Positions 38,101-50,730 of a stretch of DNA of 64,000 bases are shown here, one piece after another. The translations under genes were made by a program, and so were the position numbers. The stretch is from Tubulanus polymorphus (lineage: Eukaryota; Animalia; Nemertea). The notes beneath the pieces were generated by a model, which ran no database searches, was not told the origin of the DNA, and saw nothing but the letters and a program-made list of their open reading frames with translations. Positions within the stretch are counted from its first letter, which is position 1, and the number at the start of each line of letters is the position of its first letter. The DNA lies in NCBI RefSeq assembly GCF_964204645.1, contig NC_134026.1, forward strand, positions 20,060,150 through 20,124,149, given 5' to 3'.

Positions 38101-41100
38101 AGACATTCGCAAAACTAGAACTTCAGAAGATGTTTTTACTGATAACTTGCTATGGTCGGCGATTGCTTTGCGACGTATTTTCTGTATGAACAAAAATGAA
38201 ATAAGAATACTGTTCAGAAAGATCAACATAAACATGGGCACTAGAATTGAAAAGAATGTTCCAGCAGTATCGGTCATCATACCTTGCCATTGGTTCAAAA
38301 AGTGTGAACTGAATTGTATATCATGATATGTGACAAAGGTGTACAGATTACTACCTTCACAAGAAAACGTGTGAATTCCTTTACCTGGAAAAAAATGCGG
38401 TACATAAAATGAAAACGATAGCCCGTTAATGAGAAAAATGAGAAAGTTGACCAGTTTTCTCGTCCAAAAAATTCGAGATTTTAAAGGGAACACGACGATG
38501 AAAAGTCGTTCAACGCTGATCAACATAACGCTCCAGTTCCGACTCGTCTGGAATATGTAGAACAACGCGACAGATAGGTAAATGTATTCTTTACCATAAA
38601 TCCAGTCGTCGAAGCGAAATATCACTTCGCCCATCGCGATGTATATGTGAAGCGTTCGCAATGGATACATTATGAATACGGTTAGGCAGTACAATGCGTC
38701 TAAAACCGCCAGAACTTTCACGAGGTAATAGCTGTCGTTTTTCAACGTTCCTAGCACGTAAATGGTGAAAATATTTAAAGCACCGCCACATAAAGACGCC
38801 GGACCGTATAGAAATAGGTAGATGAAAACGCTGAATTTAAAGTCCCATTTCTCTGGTATATCATTAAGCCACTGTTTGCACGGGGCAACCCGCGGATCTG
38901 CAGTGGTCGTCGTTCCATTGGACATCTTCTCTACCGAGAATGCAGAAACAAAAATCAATGATAGTATTACCTAGAAATAATCATTCCGTTTCGATCGGGC
39001 GTAATTATCGAAACGACTTGTGCGCGCGCGTGCAATAATAACATGTTGCCGATAGCAATTCATGTATTTCATGAACTGTATTTGAAATGAGAAGTAAATA
39101 TCGTTCGTATGGTTCATTTTCGTTGCGATAATGCAGTATTTGCTCTCACCCATATACTTTTTTTATATATATATTTTTTATGTGGTACCCATTTGCAGCC
39201 TGAATCTGCCCTTACATTCACTATTGAGAAGTCTTGACTATCACTTTTTTAAAATTGTGGTTATGAAATGACTAGGGTCTATTGCTGGTGTTTGGAGTCC
39301 AATTATTTTCCAATTAGAAATGTCTCGAGTGAGGTCTAAACCGAATATTTGTCATTATATTGACCGAACAGGGGAGTAAAAGGGAGACAGCTTGTCTGTC
39401 CAGGCGTCTGTCTGTGAAGTAAATCTCGTGCTGACAACTGCTCTTAGGTCTTTTGTTATATTTTCATGAAACTCGTTACAACTACATTTTGTATTAGTTA
39501 TGGTAGGCCTATGTAGTTTTGTACCTGTGATATATTTTTTTGAAAAAAATCAAAGATGGCTGACTGGCCATTTGGGCGTCTATCTATGCACTGAATTCTC
39601 CAATTTTCGAAGGGGGGGTTGAACCAAATGTCTTAGCAGTCACGCTAAAACCCAGGATAACTACATGTTTGAGAAAGCAATTGATGTATTTTGTATACCA
39701 TATTTAAGATGAAAACTAAATACGGTTCGTAAGGTGCTTTTTCGATGCAATAGCGCGGTACATACTCTCACCCATAGGAGAATATAAACTCAAGAGCCCA
39801 AGTAACAACCATCGTAAAATTGCCTTCACTAGAGCTGGTGACCAAAATTTTAATTAACCTATCCAATTTTGTGATGGTTTTTTTTCAGGTGATGCGTTCG
39901 CCAGAGTTCGCGGGTAGTGAAGGATCTGAGAAAATAGTTGGTCGATGGCTTCTGGGATGTGCTGGTATGGTATTCGGTGCAGTAGTTCTGGGTGGAGTAA
40001 CAAGGTACGCCAATAACATATTCAATCCTCGAAATGAATTCTTTGTTTATGTATTTGTCGTCGAACTAGTTTCATAGTGGTGGTACATTCAACCGTCGGT
40101 TAAACCATCACTGATCTTATCCTGATCATCCTGAGTTGTAGATCCAGGGGCTAATTTTGAATAACTAGTCACATCCCGAAAGGGTACTTTTATGTCCAAA
40201 AAGGCAATATTAGACACTCCCACACTGCGATGCACCAATTATTCTTGTTGGCAAAATGAAAAAGGAAACTTTTGATACACATGTACAAATCTGGAAATTT
40301 CATTTTTGTTCGATGCTGGATTGGTGAATATGTTCAATGAATGAAAAATGGAGCGTTGAAATCATATGTTTCAGATTAACGGAGTCTGGGTTATCGATGG
40401 TCGACTGGAAACTATTAGGAGTCAAACGACCGCATACGAATGCCGAATGGGAAGCCGAGTTTATGAAATATAAAGAATATCCAGAGTTCAAAGCGTACGT
40501 ATGTCTTTAGATTATTTTTCTGAAGTCAATATCGCATACATAAAGGGTGAAAATCCTACGATTGTAAACTGACGAAATGTTTTCAAAAGTTAAGATTCAG
40601 AGTTGGTAGGTTTACCAGCACTAATCGCTCTGTCAACCTTACCGAAGACTTCCGTCCCACATTAAGCCTTATATAGACAATATTTCTAATATCATCACTG
40701 CTATAATCCCGGTCTTTCTATATTTTTAGTAAACTTTTTTTTCGTCAGTTATTGTGGTACTTTCACATTTTTTAGTTCATCACGGATATTGTGACTTTGA
40801 GTGATTGATGGTTTACTTGTTTATTGATGAGGTGTTTAAGTTTCTGAACGTTACATGAATACTGTAGTAAATGATTCTTCTTTGAATTTGTATAGTTCCT
40901 CGTTGAATTGCTAGAAAACCTTGAGTGATAATTCTTTAGGTTCAAGTATTCTGTAATCCTGAATATTCTCGGCCTAACAACCAGTAGCCGGGCGAGTTGA
41001 ATTCCTAATAGCATCTGCTGTCCTAAGAATTCTTAAATTTCCGGATTAGGCAGCAAACTGTCAAGCAAGGTGGGCCCAAATTCTGGCTCTACCGTCAAAT

Positions 41101-44100
41101 GTTAACATACACGTGTATGATATTTATTTCAGTGGTGTTCATCCTAAAGACATGACCGTCAGTGACTTCAAGTTCATATACTACATGGAATACGCGCATC
41201 GTATGTGGGGAAGAACTATAGGATTGGCGTATGCGATTCCCGCAGTCATCTTCTGGAAATTGGGCTGGCTCACGAAAAAGATGAAACCTCGAGTTTTGAT
41301 TTATGGCGGCTTACTCGGTTTCCAGGTTTGTTGTCTGTGCAAGTTTTATCAACGCTCGGTTCCACTCAGATGTTGGTTGATAATGACTTCGACAATATAT
41401 ATTTGAAAAGCCATTGACTACAAAGTCTTTACTCAATTCATCAGTCAAAATTTTTTTTAGAAAAGTCCCTTGACAGATTGGATAAATAAGTTACCCAAAT
41501 AAGCGATTTTTCATAAATCAATTTATGAGTCAAAAAAAGTTAAGCCCGAATAATTTCACTCACCTTTTTGGAATTTCCTGTTATTATCTGACATCGAACC
41601 CCATCTTAGAAAATTTGGTGAGATGTTCTTAAAATTAATGTTTGTTAGTTGGTACAGATTTTGAGAAACTGCTCCCTAAAGCTTCTAGATTATGTGCTAT
41701 ATTCTGATCCCATTCATTATTATTTTGTAGGGCTGGCTGGGTTGGTACATGGTACGAAGTGGTTTAGAAGAGCCTCCGTCATCGGCAGACGTACCTCGTG
41801 TTTCTCAGTATCGACTTGCTGCTCACTTGGGATCTGCTTTCGTTTTATATTCGCTATTTCTGTGGGGCGGCATCAGCTACGCCCTGAAACCGGATACGAA
41901 ATCCATTGCTGCTGTCCAAGATGTTAGTATTTTGACACAATGTTTGTCGTAAATGATACATAATCTAAAGTTTAGTCAGACCTTTTTGTGCCATAGAAAT
42001 TTGACTGACTTGAGAGCGATTTCCTAGTTTGGTGGTCCATGTATCATGCATTTAACTCTTTGCTTGCCAAACATGTACTGGTACAGCCAAAATTACCTAT
42101 CACTTTCCTGCCAAAACTGTACTGGTACAGTTGTTTTGTTTCTGAACTCTAATGATAGATGGCGAAACAATCGCACAACACAAGTTAGTTAATTTAAATG
42201 CCTTGCACTACTAAAGCAGATTATCGTCAGTCATTCTAAGCCGTGTATTAGTGACATCATCTATTGAAATGGGGGCTCTAAATCCCTAGGACGGTATATT
42301 TCCTGCAAAATACCCCCTCTGCACTGGTGATTGCTACGGACTGTATGACTAAGAAGAAATACTACTAATTTGACATGAAAAAAAAACGAGACCAAATGAA
42401 CAAAGTAAAACCAATTTGATGAAAACTTCTAGATTTTGTTTTGTAAAGTTCTGAAAAACTCAGAAATCCTGGCAAAGCGAAGCATTTCCTGAATGATAGG
42501 GGTGGCAGGCAAAGATTTTAAGAGTAAGAATTCTATTTCAATGTACATCTAAGTTAAACTGTTATCAGAGTTGGTTGGATCTGACTTGATTGAGTTTGCT
42601 TAACAACACTTTAAACTGGGTTATGGTTTCTCAAAAGTTGGGACAAAGAAAGGTATCTTGCCTTTTTATCCACTAACATATTGAGTAACTGTTCCCTGAA
42701 TTGGAAAACTTAGCTAGAATATGGGTGCTATATATGCTTCAAAAGCATATATTTTGTTTGCAAGAATGCTTAGAACGTAAAATAAAAAATTGTACCTGGA
42801 CAGTTACAATACGTTGTTACACTTTCTGTCTGCGTTGATTAAGAAATTGTGACATAAAACTCTATATCTGATTTATATTGTATTTGAATTGATTACAAAT
42901 TGACTGAAAATTGACCGGGATCATCAAGTACATGCTATAATTTGTTCTATTAAATTTTTCAGACATTACGCAAAAAACTTCCACTTATTCGAAAATATGC
43001 GATGGGCGTGAAAGCCTTAGTATTTTTTACCGCAATTTCTGGTGAGTTCTCTTGTGCGTAAGAGTGGAAGCCTGCTCTTAAATTTTTGTTAATAAGTCCC
43101 CTCATAGAAAATACGGTTGCTTACTACAGTTCCCCCAATGAATCACTAGACCATGTAGTGAAAATAGCTATTTAGGTGTTTTTACCCAAATTGTCTTGAG
43201 TTTATCAGAAGATTTGTAGCGGCAGCTGGAAGGGTCTTAGAGAATCGTTATCGGTGCTTATATTTTACTTATGTTAACTTTCAGGAGCATTTGTGGCTGG
43301 TTTGGATGCTGGTTTAGTATACAATACGTGGCCTAAAATGGCCGATCGATGGATACCCTCTGATTTGTGGGCGTTATCTCCAAAGTTGAAAAACATCTTT
43401 GAAAATGCAACCACTGTGCAATTTAATCACCGACACTTGGTGAGAAATTTGATCATTTATTCAAATGTTGAAAAAACGTGCAATCATGATCGTGACTTGA
43501 GTTGAAATATGTTGCTTTTTGTCCATGTTTCCAGGGTGAAACCACCGTCTGCAGTATCGTTGGTCTATGGGCTTTGTGTAGGGGAGTTCCGTTGCCTCCG
43601 AGAGCCAGATTGGCTCTGAACTGTTTGTTAGGAATGTCATTTTTACAAGTAAGTATTCGCTATTTGGTATTTCTTCCACACCCTTTGCAGCTAGCTCTCT
43701 TTATTTGAAGCTTTGCAATGAATAGCGCTCTTCATTGTGACATGAAAATAACGTTAAAACCATTTCAGTGTTGATTGATAAATACCCGAAATTGCTGGAG
43801 ATATGATTTTCAAATGTTCCAACCCAGTGTGTCGCATAACATGCATGCTTCTATAGTGTGTCTGCATGGCGGTGCAGTGTATCATTAGTTACTTATATTT
43901 CACTAGTTTGAAAAGTTCTGCCGTCTTTCAATAACTAGTTAATAATAATTTTGATACACCCCGATGCGGTGCATTAGCTAAGTTAGTTGCGGATTTATAC
44001 ACTGCTTGTGGTGTGGATACACTGGAAGGGATAACAAGGCCCAGTAAACGGCTTGCTGTGTATTTGATATAGTTAACCCCCTACCATTTTATGTGCAAAT

Positions 44101-44284
44101 TAAAAAAGCTGAACTGTATTGTTCTATTCTTATTTTTCAGGTCACGCTTGGTATCGGAACCTTATTAATGTACGTGCCCACTCACCTCGCCGCTACGCAT
44201 CAAGCCGGATCAATAACTCTGCTGTCATTCGCGCTGTGGTTTTCGAATGAACTCATGCGCGCTGCGAAGTACCTGAAACGATAA
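26140..44284 (+). CDS. COX15: Heme A synthase COX15; exons 26140-26172, 27242-27361, 39889-40004, 40375-40494, 41133-41325, 41731-41922, 42963-43041, 43285-43439, 43535-43648, 44141-44284
   Basis: [103 protein letters not shown]. Exons 1-2 are less certain; they give a basic, mitochondrial-presequence-like [51 protein letters not shown] joined in phase 0. Confidence 0.93.
26503..26645 (+). mobile_element. Hairpin followed by a tRNA-derived (SINE-head-like) sequence in COX15 intron 1
   Basis: Inverted repeat acatcaaccatttaggtctatcct / aggatagacctaaatggttgatgt, then an A-box-like tagctgtaggatgtagagc and a B-box ggttcgagtcc. The acceptor stem does not pair, so this is not a functional tRNA. Confidence 0.6.
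28074..28189. repeat. Inverted repeat with mutated hammerhead cores (duplicate at about 34301-34417)
   Basis: tgacagttttggggttacttctaaacccatcatcaga ... tctgatgattgggtttagaagtaaccccaaaactgtca. Confidence 0.75.
28229..29254 (+). mobile_element. 5'-truncated HINE-like (non-autonomous Helentron) element with 3 internal tandem units
   Basis: Homologous to 34522-35760 but lacks its 5' subTIR/microsatellite end; it retains the 3' cccaattggg...gtccctggac end. Confidence 0.6.
29761..30900 (+). repeat. Array of ~120 bp satellite-like units (aaagatggccgactggtggccattttgg); further blocks at about 32471-32740, 36630-37780 and 39339-39600
   Basis: Multiple recurrences of aaaatcaaagatggc(c/t)ga(c/t)tgg(c/t)(a/g)gccatttt and ttttgatgaa(a/t)cttg; the head carries gtctgtc microsatellite-like repeats. 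Confidence 0.75.
30978..32057 (-). CDS. Rhodopsin-class 7TM GPCR with an uninterrupted CDS (FMRFamide-receptor-like / putative chemosensory), copy 1, 359 aa from MSNGTT
   Basis: Seven hydrophobic segments, an N-glycosylated N-terminus (NGT), LAVLD in TM2, [15 protein letters not shown] after TM3, and DSCANFFAY...FR in TM7/helix 8. The first real ATG is at 32057, just downstream of a polypyrimidine-CAG acceptor. Confidence 0.9.
   Translation of the reverse strand: MSNGTTTTADPRVAPCKRWLNDMTEKWDFIFSVYIYLFLYGPASVCGGALNIFTVYVLGTLQNDSYYLVKVLAVLDALYCLTVFIMYPLRTIHIYIVLGNVIFRFDDWMYGKEYIYISIALFYIFQTSRNWSVMLISVERLFIVIFPLKSRIFWTRKLVNFLIFLINVLSFSFYIPHFFQGRGIHSFFCEGSSNLYTYVTYHDVQFNSHFLNQWQGMMTDTAGAFFSTLLPMFMLIFLNSIIISFLFVQKIRRKAITDRSKLSVKSSSEVLVLRMSLILVLTFVIFESLIFIEKLSYSAIMGFQFLHFGSFTGVNASMVYRKIAIGLTVIDSCANFFAYCSTNSKFRLKAKKILMCNVH
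34522..35760 (+). mobile_element. HINE/DINE-1-like non-autonomous Helentron element with 4 internal tandem units
   Basis: Starts TTTTT-agctcacttggg with a short stem-loop and a (GTCC)n microsatellite; central 130-155 bp tandem repeats; 3' subTIR cccaagtggg, palindrome gtccctggac, then TTT. Confidence 0.7.
37849..38925 (-). CDS. Rhodopsin-class 7TM GPCR with an uninterrupted CDS, copy 2, 358 aa
   Basis: Intact paralog of 30978-32057 with the same motifs and one codon fewer in ECL2. Confidence 0.9.
   Translation of the reverse strand: MSNGTTTTADPRVAPCKQWLNDIPEKWDFKFSVFIYLFLYGPASLCGGALNIFTIYVLGTLKNDSYYLVKVLAVLDALYCLTVFIMYPLRTLHIYIAMGEVIFRFDDWIYGKEYIYLSVALFYIFQTSRNWSVMLISVERLFIVVFPLKSRIFWTRKLVNFLIFLINGLSFSFYVPHFFPGKGIHTFSCEGSNLYTFVTYHDIQFSSHFLNQWQGMMTDTAGTFFSILVPMFMLIFLNSILISFLFIQKIRRKAIADHSKLSVKTSSEVLVLRMSLILVLTFVIFESLIFIEKISYSGIVGFQFLHFGSFTGVDASMVYRKIAIGLTVIDSCANFFAYCSTNSKFRLKAKKILMCNVH
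42056..42517. mobile_element. piggyBac-like MITE (TTAA flanks) in COX15 intron 6
   Basis: ttaa|ctctttgcttgcca ... tggcaggcaaagat(t)|ttaa; subterminal direct repeat tgtactggtacag. Confidence 0.65.
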
Positions 44285-47200
44285 CCGAGATAGCGGAGAA
44301 TTTCGAAATGAAAGCTGCGAGATCATTTAAGGAGGATATGTGCGGGAAGGATTTGAGGAATGACAGTAGACTCGGTTTATAATGCATTACTGTATTTAGA
44401 TTGAGAAAGTGGTTCCAGAAAACTTGCACGTCGTGCTGCACATCATATAGATAAAACTTCCTGAAAAACTCTAAATTGAAGAACACTCCCCTAAGCGTAT
44501 TATCGTCGATGAAAAAATGTTAAAAGATAAGATCTTTTAGTGTGTGGATCAATTACATTTTGGTGTAAGTTGAAAGAAATGCTTATCGTGATAATTGGCG
44601 AAATTTATGAAATGCTAGTCCCTCTTGTGAGTTTAACATTGCGCATTTCCCCTCGGCAAGCCTGGACAATCTGAGCTGTTCAGATAGCAGGAAATAGCTT
44701 TCCATTTGTGCTTTTTCAATAAAAATCCCATTCATGATACATGCATTCTGTTAAGTTTGATTTTAAAATCGTGTTAATATATTATGATTGATATATATGA
44801 TTATGATTTCAATCTGATTTTTAAAAGTCAATACATGTATTTCATACCACGTGTAATTTGCATGCTACATATTTAATTTCATGGAACCTAAAAAATCCTC
44901 ATTTATATATTCTTTGCCGCCTGCGTTGCTAATCTATCGTTGCTGTGTGTATTATTTCCCTATGAAATTTTGTATGAATTTTCAGTAGAGTAAAATTAAA
45001 ATTTACTACGAACGTGACATCGTGAAATTGTTGTTGATTTATTTGGAATTTTGAGAAATTTTGGGCGATTGAAGAATATTCCATAACGGCTGTGAGACAT
45101 TTCGATGATTTAAACCCGGTGACGATGAAAACCTCACATTAAGAAGAAACGGCTGTAAGATATATTCCATAACGTGATTTGATGGAAAGAAAGAAAACAT
45201 GAAACGGTGTTGATAAACCTAAATACTTTCTGGGGACTACACTATATTTCATCGGAAATTTATTATTTTTGGATGCCATGTTTTATGGTATGTGCTATAC
45301 ATTTGTTTTGTAGGGTACCAGCTTTACGCAGCCTCGGGCTTTGTTGTGCGTGCACTGCATTCTCCGTAGTACAATTTTACTCAAATAACTAGATTACGGT
45401 TCAACTTTTTCGTTATTTTGTACCGGCAACCTATTATTGTTTATTCGTGCAGTCCTTATAGTTTGTAATTCAAGTACCAATAACGAAATCCGCATGCGAC
45501 TGGTAGGATTGTAATTTATGGAGGAGCTTTGATAAAAAGGAAAATTGCAGAAGAGATACCTGTGTCACATCTACCTTTGGCCAGAATCATGGACGTATAA
45601 ACTAGTTACATGTCTATGCCTGGATAAGGCTGGGAAAGAACCTATGACTAGGCTTTGATTTGTGGCTAGTTAAAAGAGTAGGACATCCCTTCTCATCCCA
45701 GTAAACCATACTTGAACTTGGCCGTATGATCGCGATCGAAGGAATTTGCCATCCCCAACGCTAGTACGGTGACTTTTAAACCTGGCGTAGAAACCAAATA
45801 AAACAAAGTCGAACATCAATCGAAATTTAACCAGCTCCTTGAACTGAGCGTAGCGAGTTTTATAGAATATCTACTATATCGAAAATACATCGGAAATAAA
45901 TCGGGTTACAATTTGATTATCGGGGAATCGATCACACGTGGGTGCAATCAGCGTATTTTACGGCTACAAGTAACGAAGATGCACCGATCGTTATTAGAAT
46001 CATCTCGGGTATATTTATATTATAGGCGCTATCAGCTTCACGCAATATCTCGACTCGGTAATAAAAACAGCGATTACGTTAAGAAATTTCAATTATGGTT
46101 TAAGGGTACGGCGCTAATCAACTAATTTTCTTCGATTCGACGAGTGGAATGAAAACCGAGAGTTCGGATCCTGGCGTTCGCGCAAGGTCGAATAACCACT
46201 CCTATAGAAATGGGGAGCGGATCTTTTCTGGGGGGGAGGGGGCAGAGGTCCGCCCCATCTCGTTTTGCCAAGAAAACATTTTCACAACCTGACAACAAGA
46301 ATATTACAAAAATAATGGCTTAATAACAGTTGTGCGTCTCGTCGTAAATTGTATGGGACTGATCGGTCTTGGATCAGTCAAGTAATAAGTGGGAGTTCAT
46401 ACCTGGTACCTTAAGGTAGTCAATTCGGTCCACTTAGTGATATCTTGGATGATGTCATCCATAATTTGTATAACCGATGTCCTGCTCTGTGCGGGTATCT
46501 AGTATTCCAATGAATTTCTGTAAGAAACGATAAGTCGACACGATAGGGTCTGGTTGCTTGCAAGTACCGCTAACTAGAGCTTCCCGCGGTTAGAACGCGC
46601 CTATATACTGAAAGAATCTATCGAAGGACCGGCTAAATGTGAATAAACACGAAAATAGTTTTTAGAAAAGAGTAAGAAATGATCCAACTATAGGACAAAA
46701 TGGCGGCAAAAATAGGAGTTTTCTGAAACTCAATAGTTTTAGAGTTTGTTATACTGTAGAAATCTTATTTATTTTACCATATATATTTTGATAACATGGC
46801 GAGGAGTATGTATATATATTTGGTAAAATTGATGGCCAGTCTGGTTCAATAACACAAATGCCAGTTTTTGTCTCTCAATAATTATTTGCTTCAACATACA
46901 TTAGCCAGTTTTTTTGTCTTCAGGAACAATTTGCTTCAACGTATAACATGTTTCAAAAGGGATCGCGGGATTGTTTTGTCATTGGAATATTCGGTTGCGC
47001 TCCTATACATGTCATAATGAACAAATAAGTGTTCTTTTCATGGAGTTCCTTGTGTTCCGGAGTCATGTAGATGGCGCTATCTATTATTTCTGCATCAGTC
47101 GATTGTGATGTTTGCAATGAGAGTTGCGGTTGCTTGTGCGCTTGGATAGTACTAGCGACGTACGCAAAAGGAATTTTGGATAAAGCGTTTACCGATTGAA

Positions 47201-50200
47201 AACAAAATTCGTCATCAATATATAGACTTTTAGAAAGGGGTAAGTTTTTTAAGAAATGAAATTTTTAGAAAATCGCATTGAAAGAATGTAAGTTTTCAAA
47301 CGGTGAACGACGTTTGTGTATTTTCGTATTCATCCATTCTTGGAGTATTAATTTACTCGAAGCCCCAACCGTAAATTCTATCGCGACCTGGGAAATAGTT
47401 TGACAGCTAATACGTCAATACCTACCTTGAAATTGCAAAATATTGCACGAATATGAACCTAATTTACCCGGTAAAAATTCTATGTCACAATCGATTTTTA
47501 GACGTACACCGAACAATCTGTTCAACATGTTTTTAAAGGTGGACCCGTAAACACTTCCAGTGTGATATGAACCGGGGGTTAAGCCCATACCGCTATGACA
47601 GAAAGCTTTTTCTCATTATTCACGATCGAGTTCGTGTATTGTACGCAGACCGTTTTAAACGAACACAATAGAGCACAATCGGATTAGCGTTTTATGCCAG
47701 ACGATTTTCATTCTTTCTCGAATATGTGTTTACTGTTTGATTTTGTGCAGATTTGATTTCATTTGGAAATAAAACCAATTTTTCTACAGTCGACGCCAAT
47801 CTGTAATCAAATTATCATAACGCCCGTCTGGTTGCATTGGTTTTCTATTCGGTGCGTATATTCATACAAAAACAACCAGTGGTTTATTTTCAATGAGTTG
47901 AATCTTAACTCACTGTGGAAGAGGATCCTGATAATGTGAGCTATGGTTAAGTCGTAGGAAATATCTATATACCCGCGCGCGTCTTAAGTCCCGTCGATTT
48001 TTTCAACTTTAACTATATATGTACCTACAGAATAATTCTGGCCATAACGTGCGATAAGATACTGTAAAATGCTAATATATCGGTTGATAGGAATGATGTA
48101 TCGGTATTTTATTTCGAAATAAGGATAAGATATCTTGGGAGATGAACGGAAAATTTCTACCAATTGCTGTTGTAGTTTTGCTCACTGATCGCGCAGACGA
48201 TACGATTGACTACTACACGAACGAGCGATAGCGATAGAAGCAATTTACAGACGATATTTTTTATCTCTTTTAAGTGTCACTCTTTGGGGGGTTATTCGGA
48301 TGGGCCATTGTTGTCATTCATATTCTCGATAGCTTGAAGTATGCGGCGGTTGTGCGGTAGAAAACTCCGTACCTATTGTACGAAGGAAGATATATTACGA
48401 CGGCCGGAACAAAACTTCAAACACAGCTGAATAATAGCCTCGAGTTTCAATGATGAGTATCATTTGTCCGTTCGTTTAAGACGTCTGTTGATTGTTAAAG
48501 TGAGCGGAAAAAATCATGTGCGCCAAAATAAATCAAGTATATGTCTACATGTTTAGTTCCTATAGGGATCATGTGTACGAAAAAAACATTTTTCGATTAT
48601 TCTGATATTCGCATAAAACCAAATCAAATCTTCTATGAGAATCTGACCATGAATCTGGGTGGGCATCATTTGGGATATAAAGGTAAAGAATCGGGAATGA
48701 AAACGGTACATTCGTGATATAATTGGAATAGAAGCTGGAGGAGGGGGTAGGGTAAGATGCTGACAGAAGAAGTTTGCGTGTAGTGCGTACACTCGACAAG
48801 AACGAAGGAAGTTGACAGATATAGACACCAGCCCGCCTTAGAGTCAAACAAACGCGGTCCATCTTTTGCGTTGCGACCGCAGTCCAGCGCGCTCATTTTT
48901 ACCAGAGCGAAGGTCAAAGAACACGGGAATACATCGGTCGTGACACTCATATATACCTTCGCAAGGCACGATCGCAATGCAGCCCCCGGAACCTCATTTA
49001 TCTTGCATCTTAATACCATTCGTCGACCTTGTTGCCTTCGTTTGACCCACAATAACAGCGGCTCTGTGTTGCTCGTGAAAAGAATTCGGTTCAAGTCCCA
49101 AAAATCGTCCGAAGTGCCGTAGGGTGGTAACTCTTCAACCGAACTCCATCAGATTTCTGAAAGTGTATTGGTACAGCTGAACTAACAAATAAAACGTGAA
49201 TAAAAAGGATCTGTCTATTTTTACGATCGCAACCGACGATTGTGATTCCTTTTCGCGACAATAATACTTAACGGCGGGCGACGAGGGGCCGTTCATCGTA
49301 CTACTATAGTAGGTCTATTTGTTACCGTGTCACCTGACACAACTCATAATTTCGGTTAAAACGTGTAAAAATGGCGGTTAACCGCGCGCTTGTCGCTAAT
49401 GGGCTCTAAACGAGCGAGAACTCAGGTGTACGCATTTGTATTACTTATACTCGTTAGGATAGGCATCATCGAGATAAATACAGAGTACACTCCAGTTTTT
49501 TTGCGTTGGGATCGTGATACTATGCCGAAATGAATTGATGTAGATGTACCGATTGAAAATCAAAACAATTGAGCCAAATAGTTTAATGTAACATCCCCCA
49601 ACTGTTTTTCCGTAAAACTGATCCTGGTTTTTACGAGTTGACCGATAAGGATACTTTGTTTTTGGGTGTGCAGGTTCCCGCTGAATTTCTAGATTTTTCA
49701 AATGTTCATGCACCCGCCCATTCCAATTTAGGGTTCACTTTGTTATTTCGAAAAGAAGATCCTTGAACATCAACGGGTTTAATAGCAATTAGCTGTTTTT
49801 GTCTGATTGTTCTATCGGGATATACAGAACCATATTGAAAGCTACGATCGGAATATATCATAGCATCATTTGTTTTGGTTGACGCAAAAACCTTATTTTG
49901 CACTGCATTTAGCAGAGTTGAAACTAGCTAGTTTGTTTTTTTCTTAACTTGGCGTGGGAAACATTCTCCTTCGCGCTTACGTCGGTAAACTTCTAAAAGG
50001 TGTTAACTGCACTGTTTTACCTTCACCGGAGACGAATCTTGAAAGAATTATTTTATGGCTACATATGTATATATACTTCATTGCCCCTTGCATACTTCAC
50101 TGTAATATCCGTGTACGTGTAATGTATGGCGCAACTTATAAAACCCTTGAAATACAAATACACGATCTAAAACAAACAAATCGGTATAACGCACGATAGG

Positions 50201-50569
50201 GCAATTAACTCACTTATAAAACATTCAATTAATAGCGTGTAATTGTAGGAAAAAGAAGTACAGGATAGCGTATACGTTGAAAAAGCGCCATAAAAAGAGC
50301 ATCGGTGGGAAAGTTCTCCACTTGAAACTCGAATATCGAATGTCGGGTGAGGTCGCGAAAAAATTCAACCCCTACGACCTTCGGGACATTGGCAGCGAAA
50401 ACTGATTCGAGTTCGAACTACGTAAACAATTTGAATTTTCTCATCGCTTTTTGTAGCACCTTCTGCCAGTTTGGAACGAGATCGTAGACTTTGATTCGTG
50501 TATCTCAGGAAAACTGATTCGGATGGTTGATTATTGAAATATCATCGCTTTTCCGCGACCTTCTGTCAC

Positions 50570-50730
50570 CAGGGCAGTACCTAGCATTTTGATTTTAATT
50601 TTTTGCGCCGGGGGTGGGGGGCAGAGAAACCCAAAAAGGGCAGTTCTATTAGAAAAAAACAATTACATTTGCAAAAAGGGCACTTTTCCAAAATTTCAGG
50701 GGGTAGGGGCGACCGCTAGGTACTTCCCTG
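50570..50730. mobile_element. MITE
   Basis: TIRs cagggcagtacctagc / gctaggtacttccctg; internal aaaagggca repeats. Confidence 0.7.

Larger units (their letters stand above)
27301..39696. repeat. Tandem segmental duplication: unit 1 27301-32832, unit 2 32833-39696
   Basis: Both units begin aaatttaaaaccagaaaaaaattggacaag and end gagaaagcaattgatgtattttgtat; they are collinear, with large indels. Confidence 0.95.
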
